Below, piece after piece: positions 49,439 through 62,105 of a DNA stretch of 64,000 nt. The stretch spans positions 6,324,001-6,388,000 of the forward strand of contig NC_091992.1 of assembly GCF_044704955.1 (NCBI RefSeq). The letters run 5' to 3'. Origin of the DNA: Pristiophorus japonicus. Lineage: Eukaryota. The translations under genes were made by a program, and so were the position numbers. Below the pieces are notes generated by a model. It was not told the DNA's origin. It saw only the letters and a program-made list of their open reading frames with translations, and ran no database searches. Within the stretch, counting starts at the first letter, position 1, and each line of letters starts with the position of its first letter.

Positions 49439-51349
49439 CAGGCAACTCTCGATTATCCGTACACGGATCCAACGGAAAACCGTTGTAACAGGATTTTAAA
49501 TTCTGTTGCTAATAAGTGAAAAGACAGCCCCAAATAATTTGGAAAAATCTCCTTCCAAACACTGCGCTCATTTGTATTTGCCCATTCTCTCTCTCATACA
49601 CACTCTCTCTCTCTCTCTCTCACTCACACTCGNNNNNNNNNNNNNNNNNNNNNNNNNNNNNNNNNNNNNNNNNNNNNNNNNNNNNNNNNNNNNNNNNNNN
49701 NNNNNNNNNNNNNNNNNNNNNNNNNNNNNNNNNNNNNNNNNNNNNNNNNNNNNNNNNNNNNNNNNNNNNNNNNNNNNNNNNNNNNNNNNNNNNNNNNNNN
49801 NNNNNNNNNNNNNNNNNNNNNNNNNNNNNNNNNNNNNNNNNNNNNNNNNNNNNNNNNNNNNNNNNNNNNNNNNNNNNNNNNNNNNNNNNNNNNNNNNNNN
49901 NNNNNNNNNNNNNNNNNNNNNNNNNNNNNNNNNNNNNNNNNNNNNNNNNNNNNNNNNNNNNNNNNNNNNNNNNNNNNNNNNNNNNNNNNNNNNNNNNNNN
50001 NNNNNNNNNNNNNNNNNNNNNNNNNNNNNNNNNNNNNNNNNNNNNNNNNNNNNNNNNNNNNNNNNNNNNNNNNNNNNNNNNNNNNNNNNNNNNNNNNNNN
50101 NNNNNNNNNNCACTCACATATTCTCTCTCTCACACACACACTCTCTCACACTCACTCTCTCNNNNNNNNNNNNNNNNNNNNNNNNNNNNNNNNNNNNNNN
50201 NNNNNNNNNNNNNNNNNNNNNNNNNNNNNNNNNNNNNNNNNNNNNNNNNNNNNNNNNNNNNNNNNNNNNNNNNNNNNNNNNNNNNNNNNNNNNNNNNNNN
50301 NNNNNNNNNNNNNNNNNNNNNNNNNNNNNNNNNNNNNNNNNNNNNNNNNNNNNNNNCTCACAAACACACTCTCTCNNNNNNNNNNNNNNNNNNNNNNNNN
50401 NNNNNNNNNNNNNNNNNNNNNNNNNNNNNNNNNNNNNNNNNNNNNNNNNNNNNNNNNNNNNNNNNNNNNNNNNNNNNNNNNNNNNNNNNNNNNNNNNNNN
50501 NNNNNNNNNNNNNNNNNNNNNNNNNNNNNNNNNNNNNNNNNNNNNNNNNNNNNNNNNNNNNNNNNNNNNNNNNNNNNNNNNNNNNNNNNNNNNNNATTCT
50601 CTCTCTCACTCACACTCTCNNNNNNNNNNNNNNNNNNNNNNNNNNNNNNNNNNNNNNNNNNNNNNNNNNNNNNNNNNNNNNNNNNNNNNNNNNNNNNNNN
50701 NNNNNNNNNNNNNNNNNNNNNNNNNNNNNNNNNNNNNNNNNNNNNNNNNNNNNNNNNNNNNNNNNNNNNNNNNNNNNNNNNNNNNNNNNNNNNNNNNNNN
50801 NNNNNNNNNNNNNNNNNNNNNNNNNNNNNNNNNNNNNNNNNNNNNNNNNNNNNNNNNNNNNNNNNNNNNNNNNNNNNNNNNNNNNNNNNNNNNNNNNNNN
50901 NNNNNNNNNNNNNNNNNNNNNNNNNNNNNNNNNNNNNNNNNNNNNNNNNNNNNNNNNNNNNNNNNNNNNNNNNNNTCATACACTCTCTCTCTCTCACTCA
51001 CTGTAAAACTCACCCTCCTCTGCCCTTGCTTTGCTGCTGTGTGTGTGAGTGTGCATTGCTGCAGCCACTGTTTCTCGCGGCTGCCGCTGATGTTGGGACC
51101 GGGGGCAGTGCCGGCACCGGGTTCCAGGCACAGAATCTGTACATGTATGCTGGTAATGTCCATCTTTTGTTACTGTTTGTAGCTGATTGTATTGATTCAT
51201 TAAAGTTTTAACATAAATGTAAACTCGCCCTAACGATTGTATTTATTCATTAAAGTTTTAACTTTAAAATGTAGACTCACCATAACGGAAAAATCGTTTA
51301 CCCAGAATAGCCCAATCCCCGAGAGACTCGGATAATCGAGAGTTGCCTG
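49439..51349. mobile_element. Tigger/pogo-type non-autonomous DNA element with TA TSD, spanning assembly gaps and a (CT/CA)n tract
   Basis: TIR CAGGCAACTCTCGATTATCCG / CGGATAATCGAGAGTTGCCTG; TA at 49437-38 and 51350-51; flanks appear to rejoin as CR1 ORF2. Confidence 0.85.
49633..50975. other. Assembly gaps or masked N runs within a CT/CA microsatellite
   Basis: N runs 49633-50110, 50162-50356, 50376-50595, 50620-50975. Confidence 0.98.
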
Positions 51350-51351
51350 TA

Positions 51352-53278
51352 CATCGACAGCAGCGGAGTGCATGAAAAGAGAGAATACGAAAAGATTAGG
51401 AGAGAAGTCAAAAAAACAATTAGGAAGGCAAAGAGGAACTATGAAATTAAATTATCAAGGAACATAAAACAAAATAGTAAAATATTTTATGGGCACATCA
51501 ATAAAAAGGGAGGGTTGGGATAGGAATAGCGCCATTGAGGGATAGACAGGATAATACCACAGGTAACGATACGAGGGCTGGCAGAAATATTAAATCATTA
51601 TTTTCCTTCAGTATTTACCAGGGAGATAGAATATTGGATGATGAGATAAGTACATTTAAAATAAAAAGAGGAGATATATTAAATAAACTAATCAAACTCA
51701 AAGAGGGTAAAATCCCTGGTCCTGATGGATTGCATCCGCGCATTTTTAAAGAATCAATGGAAGAGATAACAAAGGCATTACCACACATATTTAATAATTC
51801 ATTTGAAAAAGCTGTAGTGCCAGAGGACTGGCAGATAGCCAACGTAATACCTATATTTAAGAAGGGGGATAGGACATGTCCAGGGAATTATAGACCAGTC
51901 AGCTTAACATCGGTGGTCAGAAAAATAATGGAATCCCTACCAAAGGAGAAAATAGAAGACCATCTAGAAACCAAAAATATAATAATGATTAGTCAGCATG
52001 GATTTCAAAAGAGAAAGTCTTGCTTGACCAACTTCATTGAATTCCTTGAAGGGATAATAGAGAGAGTAGATAATGGTAATGCAGTCGATGTAATTTATCT
52101 AGATTTTCAAAAGGCCTTCGATAAGGTACCCCATAATAGACTGATGAGCAAGGTCAGAGAGTGCGGAGTCAGAGGTCAAGTAGCAAAATGGATAGCTAGC
52201 TGGCTTCAAGACAGAAAACAGACAATAGGGGTAAAAGGTAGCTATTCACAGTGGCAGAAGGTGGATAGTGGTGTTCCATACGGATCAGTGCTGGGGCCAC
52301 TGTTGGTCACAATTTATATTAACAATTTAGACTTTGGAATCAAAAACACAATTTCTAAATTTGCGGATGATACCAAATTGGGAGTGATAGTCAATACTGA
52401 GGAGAACTACAACAAATTACAGGAGGACATTAATAAACTTGCAGAATGGGCATAGAATTGGCAAATGAAGTTCAACACAGATAAATGTGAGGCATTACAT
52501 TTTGGTAGGAATAATAGGGAGGTCACTTATTACTTGGAGAGTGTGAGTCTAGGTGGGGTAGAGGAACAAAGGGATCTTGGAGTACAACTACACAAATCAC
52601 TAAATGTTGCGACATAGATCAGCAAGGCCATAAAAAAGCAAACCAAGCACAAGGGTTTATTTCTCGAGGTATAGAATTGAAAAGTAGGGAAGTTCTGCTA
52701 AACCTGTATCGAACCTTGGTTAGACCACACTTTGAGTACTGCGTACAGTTCTGGTCGCCATATTATAAAAAGGATGGAGGCACTGGAGAGGGTGCAGAGA
52801 AGATTTACAAGGATGATGCCAGAAATGTGAGAGTATACATATCAGGAAAGGATGAACAGGCTGGGTCTCTTTTCTCTTGAAAAAAGAAGGCTGAAGGATG
52901 ACCTAATAGAGGTCTTTAAAATTATGAGAGGGATTTGCTAGAGTGGATACAGAGAGAATGTTTCCACTTGTGGGGAAGAGCATAACTAGAGGTCATCAAT
53001 ATAAGATAGTCACCAAGAAATCCAATAGGGAATTCAGAAGAAACTTCTTTACCCAAAAAGTGGTGAGAATGTGGAACTCGCTACCACAGGGAGTGGCTGA
53101 AACGAATAGTATAGATGCATTTAAGGGTAAGCTAGACAAGTATATGAGGGAGAAGGGAGTAGAGGGTTATGGTGATAGATTTAGATGAGGAAAGACTGGA
53201 GGAGGCTCGAGTGGAGCATAAATGCTGGCATGGACTGGTTGGGCCGAATGGCCTGTTTCGGTGTTATATATCCTATGT
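51352..53278 (+). mobile_element. CR1 LINE ~1.9 kb, decayed RT
   Basis: ORF 51535-52455 [47 protein letters not shown]; premature stop at 52453. Confidence 0.95.
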
Positions 53279-53494
53279 AAGCTCCCGGTCTGGCAATTCC
53301 TCGATATTAAACTTCTCATCTTTGTGTTCAAATCCTTCTATGGCTTCACCCCTCCCCAACTCTGTAACCTCCTTCAGCCCTACAACCCTCCGAGATCTTT
53401 GCACTCCTCCAATGCAGACCATTTGTGCATCCCCCACTTCCTTCACCCCACCATTGGTGACTATGCCTTCAGCTTTCTAGGCCCCATGCTCTAA

Positions 53495-56373
53495 GGGCTA
53501 GAACCTCCACTTTCTTTGCCTGCTTAACGCCCATTTTACCACTGAAATGACGTATAACCCCCATATATCGCCCATTTTAGCACAAAATGGAAACTGGCGG
53601 GCATTTTTCGGAAACTTATCGCCGAGCATTACTTTCTCCTTGTGCTTAACGGCGAGAAAAAATATTACCGCCGGCCCACTTTTTGGGGGCGGAATCAGCA
53701 GAATGGGCAAATTCAACGCCCATAATATCGCCCGGCATTACTTTCTACACAGAATTAACACCGAGATCCAATATTAACGCCCGCCCACTGTTTTTTGTCG
53801 TAAAGAGCATATTTACCCAAACTAGCGGGCATGGAGATCGCCCATCGTCAATTTCACCACCTTGCACACATATCGCCCACAATAAGTGGAACTAACCAGA
53901 ACGAATCACAGTGGTTTGGACGCCATGTTCTAGATCACACGTCGTGTCCTTTAAAAGGCTGCTATGCTTCAACCTTAGCGGAGTTCGGATGTACTCTGCA
54001 GGTCGTTGGAGTTGATGTGAACATCTCTAAAAACATCTTGACCATACTGTGACCGATTGGAATTGAAGAGGTGTGTTTGTCGGGACATTCCTTATTTGTA
54101 AGCAATGGATGGAAAACATAGAGCTATTGCAATGTGGCCTGTCCTTTCTCACCCTCTCTTGGTGACCAAATATATGCAGCAGACTCGACATCGCCGAAGG
54201 AACGCTCCACTGCATTATGTGCCCAATGTAAGAAGTGACAGACAGATGAGGAGGACCAGACATTACACTCCCTGCAAGTACAAGGAGAAGCATTCTTACC
54301 TCGACTTGCCTGACACCATCTGCCTTTGGAGACTGCACTTGCACAAAGAGGTTATCATTGAGGTATGCCAGCTGATAAGGACAGATCTGCAGCCTGCCAG
54401 CACCATCAGTACTGCACTGTCCGTCGAGGTCAAAGTCACCGCGGCACTGTCGTTCTACGCCTCGGGTTCTTTTCAGACCACGGCTGGCGACATTTGCGGA
54501 CTTTCTCAGCATGCCACACATCGCTGCATTAGACAGGTCACTGAAGCCCTGTACGCACACAGGAGGGACTTGATCAGCTTCCCTATGACCAGGGAGGCAC
54601 AGAGTGAGAGGGCTCTAGGAGTCTCCAGAATTGCAAACTTCCCCAAGGTGCAGGGACCAATAGACTGTATGCACATCATGATGCTGAGGTTTTCAGGAAC
54701 CGCAAGGGATTCCGCTCCCTGAATGTCCAGCTGATTGTCGACCACCAGCAAATTATACTGACAGTGAATGCTCAATTTCCGGGCAGCATCCATGATGCTC
54801 ACATCCTGCATGAGAGCACTGTATCTGACTTGTTTAACAATGAACCACAAGGTCAATGCTGGATGCTTGGGGCAAAGGATATGGCCTCGCCACCTGGCTG
54901 ATGACCCCCCCTGAGTGACTCCCACACCGAGGCCGAGAGGTGATACAACGAGAGCCACAGAGCAACTCGCAATATCGTGGAGAAAACCATTGGAGTGCAG
55001 AAGCAGCACTTTAGATGCCTGGACCACTCAGGAGGTGAGCTCCAATACCACCTTGAGCAGGTAGCTCAGGTCATGGTAGTGTGCTCCATGCTACACCAGT
55101 TGGCTGTCAGGAGGGGACAAAAATTGCTTGATGAGTCTGACAGTCCACCTCACCAGAGAGAGGAAGAGAAAGACGAGGAGGCAGATGCTGACATCATCCC
55201 AGACAATCAGGCTGATGCTGAAGCCATGCCCCTGCCCTCCTATAGACTGCATGAAAGGCCCCATGGTGGCATGATAGCTGCAAGAGCCTTACATCAGGAG
55301 CTCATCAATGATCGCTTTGCCTGAAAGAACGTTGGTGTTATTTACAAGGCTGACACACTGCTGGGTGTGCAGGTCAATGGTGAGCATCACCTTGGTGACA
55401 GTTAAAGTTTAAGTTGATTGAAGTCAAGTGTGATTATACCCTTTGATGTTAAGGAATCACCAGCATGTAATGGTGCAGCTATCTGAGCCAATGTGCTACA
55501 AGGTTTTATTAAATAATAAACATTTAAACCGAACAGTAGTCTGAAATCGTCAGTTTTTCTGTACAAACCAACCCTCCCCCTCCACCCCCTCACCCCCCCT
55601 ACCCCCCGCTTCTCCTCCCCACCTCTACCCCTTCCCCTCCTGACTCCAAGCCGCCTGGCTGAGGAGGTCCTCAGGCGATGCTTCATTGGGCGGGGGGAGG
55701 GGAGGCGGGGGTGACGGCCGAAGTGCTGCTTGGGACGGGAGAGGACGGTCCCGAGGTGGGAACATGTTCCGAGCCATAAACAAGATGTTGCTGCTGGCTC
55801 TCGTGTGGTTGGCAATGGGGGTGCGTCACCTTGGGGTGCAGTGCGGGGCTCCGGGACCACTGGGAGACCTCTGCCACCAGTGTTCCTAGCTACCTGCTCC
55901 AGGGCCTCCTCCATCCCTTTCATGTTATATCTTATTTGTTGGACAAAAACTAGGTGCCAACTATGTTCTTGGTTCTTAGTAGGCTTTTTGCTGCTGGTGA
56001 ATCTCCATCGTTCCTCCCACAACAGCCAGGCAAGCACACACCACAGCCACACACACTTTCAGTGCCTCTGAGCTCCCTCCATCTCTGTCTCCTCTTCTGC
56101 ACAAGTCATGATGACCCTTGACCTCCTGAATCGCGGGAATCGAACGTTGCCATGCCGTTGCTAAGGACGGCCACATTTTATGGCAGAACGTCAAAAAAAT
56201 TTTACGCTAACGCCCATATGATATCGCTCACGGTAACGGCCATTTTCAAAAATGGAAACTAGGTGTTTTGAGAATGGGCGAGAAGCCGACGATCTGAAAA
56301 CCCCTTTTTAACTCCCACGCTGGAAATAACGCCCATTTTTGGGCGATAAGTACAAAAGTGTAGATTCTAGCCC
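53495..56373 (+). mobile_element. PIF/Harbinger DNA transposon (~2.9 kb, defective), inserted in an L2 fragment (53282-53492 / 56375-56570)
   Basis: TIRs GGGCTAGAACCTCCACTTT / AAAGTGTAGATTCTAGCCC; TAA on the left; subterminal (A/T)CGCCCAT repeats; transposase homology. Confidence 0.92.
54105..55324 (+). pseudogene. Harbinger (HARBI1-like DDE_Tnp_4) transposase, frameshifted
   Basis: ALSFYASGSFQ, QGPIDCMHI, FRNRKGFRSLNVQ, FPGSIHDAHIL, YNESHRATRNIVEKTIG..KQHFRCLD; frameshifts near 54680 and 54872; in-frame TGA near 54941. Confidence 0.9.
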
Positions 56374-58404
56374 TGTATCTCCACCTCTCCTTTAAGATGC
56401 TCCTCAAAACCTAGCTCTTTAACCAAGCTTTTGGTCACCCCTTAACTGTCCTAATGTCTCCTCCTTTGGCTCGGTGTTACATTTTTATCTGATTAGGCTC
56501 CTGTGAAGTGCCTTGGGACGTTTTATTATGCTAAAGCCGCTATATAAATGCAAGCGGTTGTTGTTGTAATCAGCTGAAAACTGACATTTCTTCGAGTGGG
56601 TGCTGTGGGGGGTTCTGTTGATCTCCCACCAAGTTATGGCAGGAGATCGGGAAAACCCTCGTGGAATTTGCGGTGCTCAGTGAAATTGGGGTGGACTGTA
56701 AAACAATTTATCTGAAAACCAGAGTCCATAAAGCAGAGATACATCAGTGAGCAGGGATCGAGCCGGTAGTTAATCATCGTTGGCCCTGCTTTAACGCTGA
56801 GCTTGTTGGATTCAGTTGTTGCTGGGCTCCAGTTGTCAGCTCCTCTCACCCAGCTACGACCCACACACCTCTCCCAGCTATCAAAACAAAGCACTGGGAA
56901 CAAAAATCACATTTCCCATAAAAGAGCAGATTATTTTTAAACGTGAGAAAAAAAAACTGAAAGTTGAATAACTGCTAAATTATTTTCCATAGCCCTTATG
57001 GGAAGTGTTAAGATGGCAGTAATTAAAGGTCGTGACCCCCTGTTGCAACCAAGCGACTTCAAAACCTCCTATGCCGACAAGCATTTCTGACACTCGCAAA
57101 CGCCATAGTTCAGTGCACTCCAATGCCATGCCCACGTAAACTACCATATAAAATAATTGTGGAATTCGCACCCACACAATTCTGCTGAGAAGGGGAACCA
57201 TGGTCAGGAGAAATTACAAGGAGACGATGACCTGGCCTAGTGAGTGGGCATCATAGAAACATAGAAATTTGCAGTGCAGAAGGAGGCCATTGCGGCCCAT
57301 CGTGTCTGCGCAGGCTGGGCTTGGCTCAGTGTGGCGCTATGTACTTGCATTCCTGGGACGGATGAGTAGGCTACAAGAGGTCAACGTTACTGCACTGTAT
57401 GTTGAAATGTTCACGTGCTGTCGGGCAGGCTGAGGGCTGCAAGTGCAGTGCGCGGCCTGGTGTGTTACTGAGCTGTGCAGTCAGGCACATTCTAAGTTCA
57501 ATCCTCGGTCTCTGTTGATTTAACTGTCCCTCTTCAGGGGGCGGTATCTGTAAGGTACAATTGTCCTCGTCCCCTGTGGGTTAGCGACTGGGAAAGTCAG
57601 CCGGACGTCTGCTGTCGTGCCCCCTACAGTCAAATAGCCTGTCGACGCTCCCACACACGTCACTCCCTTAAGTTCACACACGAAGGATCAGCATCTTCAG
57701 GAGAGGAGGGAGTGGAATGGAAGGAAGCACGCTCGACACTGAGCTGTTGAAGTGGGAATAACATGGGTTATTTTGAGTAAAAGAGCAAAGTAAGAATGAT
57801 TAATGGGAGCACAGGGAGAAGTATGGAGAGAAATTGAAGGCAGTGTGACTGGCCATTCAGAGATGATTGAACTGGGGAAAGATCCTGAAATGAAGGATTG
57901 AATGGAGATGAAGGGTGTGCACTGGAAGAAATGATGGGCAGTTAAAATGACCATGTATTTTCAAAATAAGGTTTTAAAACAATGCAAACTTTAAGTACAA
58001 TACCTGTCGAGGGCAATGTCCACTCCCAGGCTTATCCAATTGCTCTTGTCTCCCTTACTGTGGGGATCTGTGCCATGACTGCCTGCAGTGTGCCTGTCAA
58101 TCCCTGGAATCCTCTATGCCACTCTACAGCGAGTACCCTCAGAGAGCATTACCTTAGGGATATAGGAGGATAAATTTTGCAAGGATCTCACCTGAGGGGA
58201 GCGGAGATAAGAGAACTGGGCACAGATGTCAGCAGATCTGATTCATGGTGCTCCTGATTATCCAGTCATTAAAATTGATTGGGCTGCTGACATGCAAAGA
58301 CCAATTCTCCAAACCCATGCTCCCATTGATTGAGACTCTGCACCGGGGGTAGAGTTTGGCACAGTTAATCCTATGACGTATGTTAGGCTCCAGTATACAG
58401 GAAC

Positions 58405-59160
58405 TTCCATTTCTATAGCGCCTTTCGCGACCTCGGGACGTCCCAAGGCGCTTTACAACCAATGAAGAGTAGTCACTGTTGTAATGTAGGAAACACGGCA
58501 GCCAACTTGTGCACAGCAAGCTCCCACAAACAGCAATGGGATAATGACCAGATAATTTGGGTTGTTTAGAAGTGTTGGTTGAGGGATAAATATTGGTCGG
58601 GCACCGTGGGGCACTTCCCTGCTCTTCTTTGAAATAGTGTCATGTGTTTAACTTCTCATCCGAAAGACGGCACCGCTGACAGTGTGGCACTCCCTCAGTA
58701 CTGCCCCTCCGACAGTGCAGCGCTCCCTCAGTACTGCCCCGCCGACAGTGCAGCGCTCCCTCAGTACTGCCCCTCTGACAGTGCGGCGCTCCCTCAGTAC
58801 TGCCCCGCCGACAGTGCAGCGCTCCCTCAGTATTGCCCCTCCGACAATGCAGCGTTCCCTCAGTACTGCCCCTCTACAGTGCGGCGCTCCCTCAGTACTG
58901 CCCCGCCGACAGTGCAGCGCTCCCTCAGTATTGCCCCTCCGACAGTGCAGCGCTCCCTCAGTACTGCCCCGCCGACAGTACAGTGCTCCCTCAGTACTGC
59001 CCCGCCGACAGTGCAGCGCTCCCTCAGTACAGCCCCTCCGACAGTGCAGCGCTCCCTCAGTACTGCCCCGCCGACAGTGCAGCACTCCCTCAGCACTGCA
59101 CTGGGAGTGTCAGCCTGGATTCAGTGCTCAAGTCTCTGGAGTGGGACCTGAATCCACAAC
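58405..59160 (-). mobile_element. DeuSINE with an internally expanded 33-bp tandem array (58670-59100)
   Basis: SINE tail at the left and head remnant at the right; about 13 copies of ccgacagtgcagcgctccctcagtactgcccc(t/g). Confidence 0.9.
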
Positions 59161-59474
59161 AAACAAAAGTATATGAGCACTTACCAGTGAAAGACTCCAC
59201 CTATATCAGGTTAAAAAGCTATTTAAGATTTTCAGTTTTTCTAACTTCATTCTTCTGAAGATGCTGCCTTATCCTGGGTTATGGTTACACAGGCACTTCA
59301 CCCAAGAGTCCATACTTGATGTGTGAGCTTAGACAGTGAATATCAGTAGGCTGGTTGACCATGGGGGCATCTAAAGTCAAGCATGATCCTGTTTTGTCAC
59401 TGGGTTGGGTGAGGGAACAGTGCCCCAGCAAGAAGTCTTAATGGGGGGGGGGGGGGGGGGGGGGGGTTGAATTA

Positions 59475-60045
59475 AGAAAGATTTGCATTTATATAGTGAT
59501 TTTTCACATCTCTCACAAACATCCCAATGCACTTCGCATGCAATGAATTGCTGTAAGTCAGTGTTATTATTGTAGGTAATCATTAATCAACAACAACTTA
59601 CCTTTATATTGCGCCTTTAACATAGTAAAACGTTCCCAAAACATTTCACAGGAGCGTCATCAAATAAAATTTGACAACGAGCTACATAAGGAGACATTAG
59701 GACAGGTGACTAAAAGTTTGGTCAGAGGTTGGTTTTAAGGAATGTCTTAAAGGAGGAAAGAGAGGCGGAGATGTTTCAGGAGGGTATTCCAAAGCTGAGG
59801 ACCTAGGTTAAAGAGATAAACACAGAAGTGATCATGTGCACAGCAAGGCCCAGCAATCAATAATGAGATGTCTGACCAGTTAATCTATTTTTGGTTGTGT
59901 TGATTGAGGGAGGGATGTTGGGGCAAGGCGCCATGAGAACTCCCTGCTCTTCTTCGGCATAACAGACCTCAGTTTTAATGTATCATCTGAAGGATGACAC
60001 CTCCAACAGTACAACACTCCCTTGGTACTGCACTGGAGTGTCAAC
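59475..60045 (-). mobile_element. Old DeuSINE interrupted by an L2 3' end (~59588-59810)
   Basis: SINE tail 59475-59580, L2 tail caacaacaacttacc..., SINE body resumes ~59830. Confidence 0.7.
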
Positions 60046-60159
60046 CGGTAGTAGGTGGGGCATCAGAGCCGAATCCAATCCTGTTCTCATCTGATACCCA
60101 GACATGCTTCTTCCAGTAGGAATCATTGATAGAATTGACTACTACTGGAGATACCAGGG

Positions 60160-60590
60160 ATGAGGAAGTTCTGTTATGTGGAGAGACTGGAGAAGCTGAG
60201 GTTGTTCTCCTTAGGGCAGAGAAGTTTATGGTTAGATTTAATAGAGGTCTTCAAAATTATGAGGGTCTTGAAAGAGTAAATAAGGGGAAACTGTTTCCAT
60301 TGGTAGGAGGGTCGGTAACCAGATTTTAAATAATTGGCAGAAGAACCAGAGGAGAGATGGGGAGAAATATTTTTATGCAGCGAGTTGTTATGATCTGAAT
60401 GCACTGCTTGAAGAGCGGTGGAAGCAGATTCAATAGTAACTTTCAAAAGGAAATTAGGTAAATACTTGAAATGGAAGAATTTGTAGGGCTGTGGGGAAAG
60501 AGCATGGGGGGAGTGGGACTAATTGGATCGCTCTTTCAAAGAGTCGGCACAGGCACGATGGGCCGAATGACCTCCTCCTGTGCTGTAAGA
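60160..60590 (+). mobile_element. Older CR1 3' fragment
   Basis: gatttaatagaggtcttcaaaattatg...gggccgaatgacctcctcctgtgctg. Confidence 0.8.
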
Positions 60591-61904
60591 TTGTAAGTGG
60601 CAGATTAATTTTTTCCTTAGCCTGGCGGAGTTTCCCTCAATTGTAAAGCACCAGTTGTTTCTGCTGAGACCAGCTAACCCAGCACAGAGCAGCAAGCGAA
60701 TGCAGGATCTCCTGTTCTGTGTGGCTCACTACCACAGCGGGCAGTGCCAGCAGCGGAACCGAGGGACATTTCTGTTTAGCTAATAATGCCAAGCAGCTAA
60801 AGAGTGACCTCATAAGCATCAAATGTGGTCAATCCATTTTCTGCTCTTCTGAATACAAGGCCAGCTTTGTTGCAACAACATCCTATTTTCCCCAGAAGTC
60901 ACGTAGCTTCAATGCACTGCAAGGCTCCCTCTACACTCCACCAACAATGAGCCCTAACCCGCACCTCGGAAGGATGCCCACTATGACACCACGATGACAT
61001 TCCCATTCTCACCACACCAGCCATCCTTTGTGGAGACTCAGGAGTGAGATTCTCAATTTAGTGCCTAATGATTGTAGTGTGCATTTCTAAGACACTTCCC
61101 AAACCTCATTCCATGCTGAATTCTCACAGCTGGAAGATCCCGCCAGTCTATGCCAGATTCAGTGTGGCTTCCCAGAGGTGCCAGGGATAGTGTAATAGCC
61201 AACTGCTCCGCCCAGTCCCCAGTGGTAAATACATTCCTCCCACTCCTTGTCTGGGAAACTGGCCATCTCATTGTGTTGTCAGCTGAACACAGAATGGGCC
61301 ACTCACCTTCTCTCCCACACCAAAGAGAGCAAATGGACAGGGGACCCCCCCCCCCCCCCGCCGGAGGGGAAGAGTAGGAAGAGGGAGTGGGTAATGGAAA
61401 CAAGAAATCGCACAAAGCATGGATTCTAAATTCAGGAGCAGGCTGCAGTAGGAAAAAGGCACCAAGTCTGATTGCAGCTTTGGCCTGTGTTTATTTTTCA
61501 ATGTGCAGCCAATGCCCAGACAGGAGACATCTAACCAGAGACAGCTGCTTCCAGCGCCAGATGAAGATGAAAAATCAGACGGGATAAGTCGAGTATTAGT
61601 GTGGGATAGTTCATTAGTGTCATCACAGAATCAAATCAGGGCCTTAACTTCCTGAATTCAGCACGGAGACAGAGAGGGAATCACTGAACTAAGATGCGTG
61701 TTTCTGATAGAAAACCTAGAGGTCCACAGAGAGAAACAAGGCTGTGTTTGTAGTTTTATTTTCTCGCAGTTTTCACCCCTCCTCTCCCCAAAGACATTAG
61801 CTCTGGCTGGCGTACAGTCCCACAACACTACCCGTGCTCAGGTCCCTTACCCAAGCGGCCTTTCTTTGTGGTTAGATTTAGGATCAAGCTCTCATTATTC
61901 TGTC

Positions 61905-62105
61905 CCATGAATGCGCTGCCTGGAAAGGGTGGTGGAAGCAGAATCAATAGAAACTTTCAACGGGGAATTGGATATATACTTGAAAAGGAAAAAAAAATTG
62001 CAGGGCTGTGGGTAAAGAGCTGGGACATGGGACTAATTGGAGAGCTCTTTCAAAGAGCCGACACGGTTCAATGGACCGAATGACCTTCTGTGCTGTGTTA
62101 TTCTA
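61905..62105 (+). mobile_element. Short old CR1 3' fragment
   Basis: gaatgcgctgcctggaaagggtggtggaagcag...gtgttattctatg. Confidence 0.7.

Noticed and set aside
49506-51182. Longest ORFs in the track (558 aa, 496 aa and others)
   Set aside because: They run through N gaps and CT/CA microsatellite; artefacts
54105-55324. Possible domesticated HARBI1 gene
   Set aside because: Frameshifts, an internal stop and flanking TIRs show a decayed transposon
58642-59258. Repetitive ORFs (DSAALPQYCP)n
   Set aside because: Translation of a SINE-derived 33-bp tandem array
59443-59466. G24 and other poly-G/poly-C runs (e.g. ~1502-1535, ~1943-1959, ~2131-2142)
   Set aside because: Simple homopolymers of unreliable length with no associated structure
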